DNA from: Eledone cirrhosa
Lineage: Eukaryota
Reading direction: 5' to 3'
Length of the DNA: 64,000 bases
NCBI GenBank assembly: GCA_964016885.1
Contig: OZ024741.1
Location: forward strand, 191,394,001-191,458,000
Positions within the stretch are counted from its first letter, which is position 1. Every line of letters begins with the position of its first letter. A program made the position numbers and the translations under genes. The notes under the pieces were generated by a model, which was not told the DNA's origin, searched no databases, and saw nothing but the letters and a program-made list of their open reading frames with translations. Positions 54,191 through 64,000 of this stretch are shown piece by piece.

Positions 54191-54269
54191 AACCTGCAGA
54201 GGACACACTAGTCTGTACCAATCCTCTGTCTCCTACTCCATCCACTCTCCCCATCTTAATACCCTGCTC

Positions 54270-54930
54270 TCGCTTGCTAATTGTTGGTGTGTCATATAGG
54301 TCAGTGCAGAAAATCCTAACATTTGAACTGAACATGCGATGTGTTGCTGCCAAGTTTGTCTCCCACCTGCTGACACAGGATCAGAAGGAACATCATATCA
54401 AAATTTGTCAAGAACTCAAATGGAGTGCAAAGGATGAGCCATCATTAATGTCAAGGATCATCACCAGTGATGAGTCTTGGGTTTATGGATATGATCCTAA
54501 AACAAAGCAGCAGTGAACACATGGAAGAGTCCATCATCTCCACGACCAAAGAAGGCGAGACAGAGCTGCAGTTCAGTCAAGAGCATGCTTGTTGTCTTTG
54601 TCAACATCCATGACATTATTCAATGAGAATTCAGCCCCCAGGGCCAGACCGTAAAAAAGAGTTTTACTGCGAAATTGGTGTTTGATGGAAAAAGCGACCA
54701 GATCTGTGGCATGTGAAGAACTGGATTCTCCATGATGACAATGCACCATGCTACTGAGCACTCATTGTCCATGAGTTTCTCGCCAAGCACAACATGTCAT
54801 CGCTTCCACACCCGCCCTACTCACCAGATTTAGCTCCTGTGGATTTTTCCTTTTCCCGAAGATGAAAATCAAACCCAAAGGTTGCTGTTTTATCACCATT
54901 GCTAAGATCCAGCAATGGTGGCATGAGTTG
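54270..54930 (+). pseudogene. Mariner (Tc1/mariner DD34D) transposase remnant
   Basis: AAKFVSHLLT, RIITSDESWVYGYDP, HDDNAP, HPPYSPDLAP motifs. Confidence 0.85.
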
Positions 54931-55247
54931 GACAGGAAGGCTTCAGATAATGTTTTACTGCCCTTCCTAACACTAACACGTTTAGTTGCCTTTTACAACA
55001 TGCAGGGATACAATGTACTTATTTTAAAATCAGAATACACACTTTCAAACACTCACACACACTCACATATACACACTCACATATACACTCACACATACTC
55101 ACAAACACACATACACACTAACACACAGAGAAAGAAAGAGAACGGCAATGAAACAAATGTGTGTGTATTTATGTATTTGTACATATATGTGTTTGTGTAA
55201 ATCTAAATATATATGTAATGAAAGTGTAAATCTCTTTGATTTTACAG

Positions 55248-55440
55248 ATGAGAAAGATTAAAATCGGTCATGATAACAGTCAACTAGGTGCTGGCTGGTT
55301 TCTAGATAGTGTACTCATTAAAGTTCCATCAGAAGGGAAACTTTATATGTTTGATAGCTTCCGATGGTTGGCAGTAGACGAAGAAGATGGCCAGACTGAA
55401 GTGACTTTGGAGGTATCAATGCAGGAAAATAGAGATAAAG
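55248..55440 (+). CDS. LOXHD1: Internal exon of LOXHD1-like gene: MRKIKIGHDNSQLGAGWFLDSVLIKVPSEGKLYMFDSFRWLAVDEEDGQTEVTLEVSMQENRDK
   Basis: ttttacAG acceptor, GTAAC donor; IGHDN..GAGWFLD and RWLA.DE.DG PLAT motifs; phase 0 in, phase 1 out. Confidence 0.9.
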
Positions 55441-55471
55441 GTAACTATGATAATTAGTTACATAGATGAGC

Positions 55472-56540
55472 TGGTATAGTGTTGTATAGTATCGCATAGT
55501 ATAGTGTTGTATAGTATAGTATAGTGTTGTACAGTATAAGGTTGAATAGTATTGTGTTGTATAGTATAGTATTGTATAGTATAGTGTTGTATAGCATTGT
55601 GTTGTATAGTATAGTGTTGTATAGTGTTGTGTTGTATAGCATAGTGTTATATAGTATAGTGTTGTACAGTATCATGTATAGTATAGTGTAGTATAGTGTT
55701 GTACAGTATAGTCCTGTATAGTATTGTGTTGTATAGTATAGTGTTGTATAAGATTATGTTGTATAGTATAGTGTTGTATAGTATAGTGTTGCATAGTATA
55801 GGCTTGTGTAGTATAGTGTTGTATAGTGTTGTATAGTATAGTGTTGCATAGTATAAGGTTGTATAGTATAAGGTTGTATAGTATAGGGTTGTATAGTATA
55901 GTGCTCTATAGTATAGTGTTGTATAGTATAGTGCTCTATAGTATAGTGTTGTATAGTATAGTGTTGTATAGTATAGTGCTGTATAGTAGAGTGTTGTATA
56001 GTATAGTGTTGTATAGTATAGTGCTCTATAGTATAGTGTTGTATAGTATAGTGTTGTATAGTATAGTGCTGTATAGTAGAGTGCTGTATAGTATAGTGTT
56101 GTATAGTATAGTGTTGTATAGTATAGTGTTGTATAGTATAGTGTTGTATAGGATTATGTTGTATAGTATAGTGTTGTATAGTTTAGTGTTGTATAGTATA
56201 GTGTTGTGTAGTATAGTGTTGTATAGTATAGGGTTGTATAGTATAGGGATGCATAGTATAGTGTTGTATAGTATAAGGTTGTATAGTATAGGGTTGTATA
56301 GTATAGTGCTCTATAGTATAGTGTTGTATAGTATAGTGTTGTATAGTATAGTGTTGTATAGTATAGTGTTGTATAGTATAGTGTTGTATAGTATAGTGTT
56401 GTATAGTATAGTATTGTATAGTATAGTGTTGTATAGTATAGTGCTGTATAGTAGAGTGTTGTATAGTATAGTGTTGTATAGTATAGTGTTGTATAGTATA
56501 GTGCTGTATAGTAGAGTGTTGTATAGTATAGGGTTGTATA
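55472..56540. repeat. 15-bp minisatellite (gtatagtatagtgtt)
   Basis: Direct tandem periodicity starting ~30 nt after the exon donor. Confidence 0.95.
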
Positions 56541-58577
56541 CAGGGGCCTCGTTTGCCTTAAAAATGTGAGGGGGACAAACCAACATATGTTGAAGCATGT
56601 TAGTATTGCTTATGGTGTCTTTCCTGAACCCTATCACATAAGTAAAATTTGACGCTAATTAAATTTTATATTCAAATGCAGTTCAGATATTTTAAAAAAA
56701 TAAGCTTCAAAAGAATCTATTATATCAAATAAACAAAAAATAAAACATAGATGTATGAATAAAAAAAATATAAAGTAAATTAATTTTCTTTTAGAACTTT
56801 CCAAATGTATCATATCTCACATCATTGCTGTCGATAAATAATTTAGCAGCTTCTTCACAACTAATCTTTTTCAAAACATCTCTATGGACGTGGCATATTA
56901 GAATATGATTCAACCTTTGCTGAGTCATGGTCGATCGCAGCCAAGTTTTGAGTCTCTGCAGAGTGCTGAGCCGACGGCTGAGTTCCGGCCGTTTCGACAG
57001 CTAGATCTAACTGTCGAAAGCCATCGGAGCTCAGCCATCAGAGTCTTGACTCTTTTCCTATTACCCACTCTACTACCCTAAGTACCAAGTACTCTGGTGC
57101 GTTATGGTCCACCTGGTTCCTTACCACACTTCCTTCGTTCGTTTATATATATATACATACTTCGACGCTGGTATATATATATATATACTAGCAGAATGGC
57201 CCGGCGTTGCTCGGGATTCTAAACATATATTGGTATGTTTATCCCTCCTTTCTGAAACAGTACAGAGAAGTACGGAATACCTCGGCCTCGGGATGGTGTC
57301 TATATTTTGTGCTTATAAAAAAAATCCGTCGTAGATTACCAGGGTTTTTATCCATGCAAAGAAAATCAATTCTTTATCGCAAAATAAATACTTTTGTTTA
57401 TATTTTGTTATTGTGTATGCAAAAATATCTGTACACGAATATATAATTATATATATATATATATTAAAATAACAGATTAAAGTTTAAGCAAAGAAAGTAC
57501 AATAACTAGGGTAAGAACGGGATGGAAGAAGTTCATGGAGCTACTACCACTGCTAGCTGCAAAAGGCTTTTCCCTCAAAATGAAAGGCAGACTGTATGAT
57601 GCGTGTATACGAAGCTGAAGCATATAGACAATAAGTCCCACCCTCTCCAACTGCAAAGTGGTCGTGGAGGTGCCACGGCGAAAAAGCACCCAGCCCACAC
57701 TGTAAAGTGGACGTGTAGGCACCACGGAAAAAAGCACCCAGCAGGCACTGTAAATGAGATTGGTGTTAGGAAGGGAATCCAGCTGTAGAAATCAAGCCAG
57801 AATCAGTTTCCATATGAGTAATACAACGTCAGCCGACTGGACACTGCTCACAACAGGACAACCTGCCTAACCCATGCTAGCGTGGAAGAACGGACGTAAA
57901 ACGGGGATGATGATGATGCTGATGATATATATATAAATCTACATACATACATTTATGTATGTATATAGCTATACATTTATATATTTTGTATATATGCATG
58001 CATTTATATTTAAGTGTGTGCATATGTGCCTATAAGGATGTTGACGTGATTTATGTTTTGTTGGTAAGGAGAGAATTTTGTCTCCAGATTTTATTACCTA
58101 GGGAGATTAAATACCACAACTTTTCAACCTCATCAAACACCAATACCGGCCTGTGAGTGTATGTATATATGTGTATATATGTATGTACGTATGCATGTGT
58201 GTGTATGTTCATATGTATAAGTATACACCCACACCTTTCATCACCATTGCTTCTTTTTCTTGTTGTTTCTGTGGAAGTTGTTCTTGTGACTGTTGTCATA
58301 GTTGATGTTGTTCTTATTTTCCTTTTCTTTGATTTCTTTCGTTTTTCTTTTATCTCCCTAGGGAATTCGTTGCCAAGCTTCTTCTATTTATTTTCTACGT
58401 TTCTTTTAGATTTATTTAAGGTATTTTTCTCGTATTTTTTCCTCAGCTGGCTTGTGGGCCGCTTAAACTCTTTGCATTTTAATTAGTAAAAAGTAAGGGG
58501 GACAAAAGATGGTTTGTCCCCAGTTCCTGAAAGAATGGGGGGGGGTCCTCTGGTACCCCCCTGAAACAAGGACATTG
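56541..58577 (-). mobile_element. Internally deleted hAT transposon with nested insertions (hairpin/PLE piece, Helitron, RTE, SINE)
   Basis: Imperfect TIRs CAGGGGCCTCGTTTG / CAATGTCCTTGTTTC; 8-bp TSD gttgtata/gttgtgta; hAT dimerisation motif STLQRLKTWLRSTMTQQRLN at ~56910-56968. Confidence 0.75.
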
Positions 58578-59319
58578 GTTGTGTAGTATATCACTCTATC
58601 GTATAGTATGAATTGTAATATAGTGTAGTGCAAGTAGGGTAGATACCCTGTTGTAATAAGATGTTCTGATTTTATTAGTCATCTAAAATATTACACAACA
58701 TATTAGTTACACTGTGTCAGGTCCATCATTAATTAGTCAAGCTTGAATTATATGTAAATAAGCCTTCACTATATGTAAATAAGCCTTCACCAATAATAGT
58801 TTGTTTCATACATCTACATCTGGTTGTAAGTAAATGATTATTGATGCACTGTAATGATATTGAATTGCAGGCATCCATCACTCTTAATCTGATATGTAAA
58901 CATAGAAAAGTTTGTGTGATTGGCAGAGTCATTAAAGCACCAAACTTCTGATATTTGATTTTGACTCTTTCCATTCTGTATTGAAATCCTACTGAGGTCA
59001 ACTTTGCCTTTCATCCTTACAAGTTTTGATTTAATCAACTTTCCCCTTTCCCTAAATTGCTGGCCTTTTGCCTAAATTATAAACCATCATATGTAAACAT
59101 TGTATATGGTTTCATGTATTCCTTAATGTTATATTATATTATAGTTTCATATCCCAGAATGATGGGAGTAAAATACCACAAGATATCTGCTGCATGATTA
59201 CTTAATAATAAATCGAATGCTGGCTTGTTTTTTTACATAATGAATTTTACATAGACAAACAAATATGTGACAATCAGAGGTACCAGATTCAACATTTCTT
59301 ACATTTGTCCATCTTACAG

Positions 59320-59480
59320 CTGAACCATGTGAAGTGACCATTTGGACTGGAGATGTCCCAAATGCTGGGACAAATGCCAATATTTACATCAAATTATATG
59401 GTAACAGAGATAAATCTGAAGAATATAGTTTAAATAACAAAAGTGACAATTTTGAGCAAGGTTCAGTTGATACATTTAAG
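59320..59480 (+). CDS. LOXHD1: Internal exon of LOXHD1-like gene: (A)EPCEVTIWTGDVPNAGTNANIYIKLYGNRDKSEEYSLNNKSDNFEQGSVDTFK
   Basis: atcttacAG acceptor, GTAAG donor; start of a third PLAT repeat (TGD..AGT.AN.YI.LYG, FE.G..D.F); phase 1 in, matching the previous exon. Confidence 0.9.
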
Positions 59481-59837
59481 GTAAGTGTTGGTGATGGTGG
59501 TGTTGGTGGTGGTGGTGGTAGTTGGTGGTGGTGGTGAAGGGCAGTGGTGGGGCAGCAGAGGTGGAGTAGAGGTAGCAGGGGAGGCAATAGAGGGGTGTGG
59601 TTGAGATCATGTTGGTATTTTTTGTGGAAGACCTTCAGGTAATCATACATGCAAGTCTCCCCTCTCTATGACACCAAAGTTGGGCAAAGGAAAGACACTG
59701 ATACACCTTAACATGACACCGATGAAGTTACAGACAGCCTGGAGCAATGTGGACACAATGCACCACCTCTTCTGGGAATTGAAATCATGAGCAACACCCT
59801 AACCACAAGGCCACATATTTTCACACACACACATGGG

Positions 59838-59880
<43 letters not shown>

Positions 59881-59967
59881 CCATGCAAACATGGAAAAGT
59901 GGATATAAAAATGATCATGATACACACACACACACATCATAATCATCATCATCACCATTATTTAAAA

Positions 59968-60159
59968 GGGCAGTGAATTGGCAGTATCGGTAGAGGGTCG
60001 GACGCCATGCTTTGCAGCATAGTTAGGTCCCTTTACGGTCTGAGTTCAAATCCCGTCGAGGTTAACTTTGCCTTTCATCCTTACGGGGTCGATAAAATAA
60101 AGTACCAGTAATGCACTGGGATAATTGCTGGCCTCGTGCTAAAAGTAGAAACAATTATT
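59968..60159 (+). mobile_element. SINE copy (same family as 593-776)
   Basis: Near-identical to 593-776. Confidence 0.85.
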
Positions 60160-60194
60160 TAAAGTCCATTTCCCCTATTAGCAAGGGTTGTATA

Positions 60195-60233
<39 letters not shown>

Positions 60234-60328
60234 CCAAAGATTAATATGGTTCGTTGATTACTCAATGAATACACTTTTACAATAGATTAAAAGCACTCAA
60301 CAAGAAAGTTTTCCTGGAGTTTTTAATA

Positions 60329-60497
60329 TTATTCAAAATATTAACAAATGAAAGATATTCACATAATCAAAAGATATGTTTTATTATATATATTTCAAAG
60401 GTACTGTGTTGTTTTTTTCAGTATGTCCTTGAAATATATATAATAAAACATATATTTTGATTATGTGAATATCTTTCATTTGTTAATATTTTAAATA
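60329..60497. repeat. ~75-bp inverted repeat of a PLE terminal-repeat fragment (related to 120-190)
   Basis: Arms are reverse complements around a 12-nt spacer; contains GAAATATATATA, the 3' half of an HHR. Confidence 0.75.
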
Positions 60498-60584
60498 ATA
60501 TATATGTATATATATATATACACACATATATATATATATGATAAAGAGCACAAGAGCGTCTACAACATCAAAAGATTTTTATTG

Positions 60585-60629
60585 GCTTACAATATTTCTT
60601 CCTGACGTAACCGTAGGATTCTTCAGAGC
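60585..60629 (-). ncRNA. Minimal hammerhead ribozyme
   Basis: gct-CTGAAGA-a-tcct...agga-a-GAAA-tattGTA-agc. Confidence 0.65.
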
Positions 60630-60647
60630 TATAAAAGAGGTTATAAA

Positions 60648-60683
<36 letters not shown>

Positions 60684-60687
<4 letters not shown>

Positions 60688-63600
60688 AATTTGAAGTTGG
60701 AAAGCCACGACAATGCAGGTTTGAACGGAGAAAAAATTTAAAACGTAAGAAATATGTTAATTTATTCATATGTCCCGATATTTCGAGATAATATCTCTTC
60801 ATTCAAGGAAAATAAAGAAACTATTCCAGTGTCCAATGTGGCTTGCTATACTATGCTGTCTTTATTATTATGTGGATTGGCAGTATCAGTAGAGGGTCGG
60901 ACGCCATGCTTTGCAGCACAGTTACGTCCCTTTACGATCTGAGTTCAAATCCCGCCGAGGTTGACTTTGCCTTTCATCCTTACGGGGGTCGATAAAATAA
61001 AGTACCAGTAATGCACTGGGTAATTGCTGGCCTTGTGCCTAAAGTAGAAACAATTTTTTTTTTTTTTTCTAACCTTTTTTGTGTTAAAATTAAGGTCTGG
61101 ACAGGTCAAAGAGGTGACAGAGTTGTTTCCCTTTAAATCCGCTTAGACACCTATATATTAATACGTGCTGACACACGCTTGTATGCATACATATGTGTGT
61201 AAGCTCGCACACAAATACGTAAATACGCGTAGATGGAATCGTGTAAACACATGAATGCATATACACGATTTCTCCCAGATAGATGATGTGGTTGTAAGTG
61301 GGCCTATGTGTGCCTTTTCATGTAGAGTCCAGTAGCCTTCTATGTTAGGTATTGTGTGCTTAGTTCTAGTCCATTATTGATTTACGGGTGTGTTTTGGCT
61401 ATGATTAAGGCTTCCTTAATTCTGAGATTGCCAAGGTTTCTTTCTTTTGTTTCAACCTTAACTGTTATTTTTTTTTAGGTGTTTTTGCATTTCTCTAAGT
61501 ATTTCTTGAAAAGGGAAGCGTTAGTGTTAATGTGTTCCTTAATCCTGATGTGTAGGTGTCTGGTGGTGCTGCCTATATAGAAGTTGTCGCATTTATCACA
61601 CTGGACTCTGTATATGACGTATGCTTGATGGCATGTCTGCTATCGATGGGGCAGTTGGCCAGTGTGCAGTGTCTGTTGTATTCTCTAGGTATCCTAGATA
61701 GTTGTCCGCATAGTGAGGGCCCCGAGTGAGCTAGTTGTAAGTCTAGTCCTTCCCTACAGATGACCCTGCAGATAGCTGTTGTGTCATCACTGAAATGTGG
61801 GAGCTTCAGGAAGGTGTTGCTGGAGTTCGTGCTTTGAATGCAGTGTTTCTTATTTCTAACTCAATTCACGGTGGATATCAGCTAACCGTTTAGCTTAAGC
61901 ACTTCCAAGAAGTGTGTGGTGTGCATGTCTCGGTCTCCTGTAGTGCTGCATTTATTCTGGATACCTATCAGTTCATTCCTTATGTATCCGGACTTGGCAC
62001 CAAGAGGAAGGGCCAATTCGAAATGGATGAACAGGTCCCTGCTAGCGGCTTTTCTGTAGAAGCTGGTGTGGATGCTGCCTTCTTCTGTTACCCTGAGTTG
62101 GAAGTCTAGCAAGGAGAGGGATCCAGTGTCATCATGGTGTTCCATGCTGAACCTTATGTTAACGTCCATGCTGGAGAATGTTGTGTATATTTTGTCTGCT
62201 TCTTCATGGGGTGCCGTAAGGATGAGTATGTGATCTACATATTGGGTGAAAAAGGCACAGGAGTGGCAGGTTTTGGGAGCCCAACGTTCCAGCTGGTTCA
62301 TATAAGTGATGGCCCGATAAGCTGGATTCCATACAAGGTCTTGTTGTCTGTCTGTATGTGTGGTGGTAGAAGGTGAAGTAAGTATTATCCACCGTGATTG
62401 TTAGAAGCTGGTATATGTCTGCAGGGTGGAGGCCGTGGCAGTAAATGTTTTTGAAGACTATGCAGTCAGTCAATAAGTTGACAGCTGGGTGAGCGGGGAC
62501 TGTAGTATAAAGGGAGACAACATCAAGGCTAAAGGCTATTGAGTCTAATTTGGTCTGGTTGGAGTTGGTGGAGTCTTTGTACAACTTCATCGGAACTACC
62601 AACATGCCTAGGCAAGGTGGAGAGTATAGGCTTAAGGATCTGGGTCCGGAGCCAGGAAATTTTATATAGAGCTCTCTCTATGCTGGAGATTATTATTTTT
62701 GTGGGTCTTAATGCGGTGGTAGAAAGTGGGCAGTCTGCTATTTCTGATGAGGAAGTTAATCTTACGTTTGTTTGGGAGTTGTCTTCTTCTGCAGATGTCA
62801 GACCAGATGGTGTTGACTTGCTCTTTGATCTGAGCTGCAGTTATGTCTGCACTTTTGTGAACAGTCTATTGTCACTCAGGTGTTCAAAGGCCAAGTCGTC
62901 ATAGGTGGCCTGGGAGATGATGCAGAATTCCTTCCCTTTGTCAGAGGGTAGATAGATGAGCTTCCTTTCTTGCTGGTGTTTCAGGGTGAGTTGTTGGGTC
63001 TTGGAGAGATTTGGGGTTATCCTCTTCTGTTTTTCGTCAAGCTCACGGTTGGTGGGTGGTCTAGTTGGTATATCGAGAATTTGGTGGATTTGTTTGTTTT
63101 GGTAGAGTTGTTGCCAGTGACCGATATCCATTTTAGCTGGTAGGCATCTCGGCAAACATTTGTCTCTAGGTCGAGCCATAACCTATCACACAGTCTCTGT
63201 TTTAGTATGAATCTGGGACCAAGACTGAGGAGAGAGATTCTATCAGGTCCATGATGAGGTGTCTTGCATCAAGTGGTGTGCTGTTGGTCGGTGCACTGCT
63301 AGGCTCAGTTTTGGTGCTGTCCTGTCTGCCTCTGTTGGTGTTTGAGGGGGGCTGTTAACAAGATGACCTACCGTGCTGAGTTTAAGGAATTTTCGCTTTA
63401 AGCATTTTTTCTCGTGATCTAGACGGTGGTGGTAGCATCTGTCTATAACAGCGGTAGTCACTCTGAACAGGTGGTCTGGGGTTTTAGAAAGTTCAGGTAA
63501 TAAGCTGGAAATTTTCTGTGTGTTGCTGTAGCGTGCGGTGTAGGTGTTGTATGAGTTTTTTTTATGCAGAACTTGTGTATATAGCTCAGTGACCATTTAA

Positions 63601-64000
63601 GGCATGGTGATTTGAAGCATGTTGGTAAGTGTAGGTTTCTAATTGTTTTTGGAACAATGTTGTTTTTAAGGCATCGTTTGAGGAAGTTTATTTGGCAGCT
63701 GTCTTTAGCACACCTCTCCGACAGCTGGAAGAGTTCCTTTGTGGTTGTAAACTGAGCCTGGTTCAGGCATAAGGAAAGAAGGAATTTGTAGTTTACTTGA
63801 AGCATTGTATATGGTATATAGCATTCGAAGTTGGAAAGCCATGACAATGCAAGTTAGGACAGAGAAAAAATTTAAAACATAAGAAATAGGGTTAGTTTTC
63901 TATGTTAATTTATTCATATATCCTGATATTTCAAGATATCTCTTCATCCAAGGAAAATAAAGGAACTATTCCAGTGGCCAATGTGGCTTGCTATACCATG
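60684..64000 (-). mobile_element. Near full-length but decayed Penelope-like element with direct terminal repeats (60690-60856 and 63825-64000)
   Basis: FLKRCLKNNIVPK, PSDKGKEF, SLDVVSLYTTVP, QYVDH(ILI), LSLLDF, FYRK, VIYRVQC..CDNFYIGSTTR; ORF start lies inside the 5' repeat. Confidence 0.85.
60872..61055 (+). mobile_element. SINE copy nested in the 3' region of a Penelope-like element
   Basis: Near-identical to 593-776. Confidence 0.85.

Overview
Repeat-rich animal genomic DNA, most likely an octopod cephalopod (inferred from the tRNA/Deu-Nin-type SINE family, the RTE-tailed SINEs and the very high microsatellite density). The only host gene I can find is a multi-PLAT(LH2)-domain gene, LOXHD1-like, on the + strand. 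It has five phase-compatible internal exons (27733-27890, 31799-31872, 51178-51371, 55248-55440, 59320-59480), so most or all of the window is intronic. The introns hold two R4/Dong RLE retrotransposons in a (TAA)n tract (one with an intact ~1030-aa RT-RLE frame), CRE, RTE and CR1 LINE remnants, many Penelope-like element (PLE) fragments, Helitrons, a hAT and a mariner remnant, SINEs and three long minisatellites. About a dozen hammerhead-ribozyme (HHR) cores are readable, several as mirror-image pairs in perfect hairpins, plus a ~4.6-kb PLE palindrome. The most interesting signal is a non-coding ~420-465-nt HHR + octamer element present as two diverged copies (14360-15076 +, 25867-26419 -). 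Both copies are longer than one unit, are permuted at different points and keep the same hairpins, and one has a 12-bp TSD. This fits a retrozyme/newt-satellite-2-like circular RNA retroelement. Also notable is a five-fold tandem duplication of a real 3' splice site. All calls were made by eye, without database searches or folding software.
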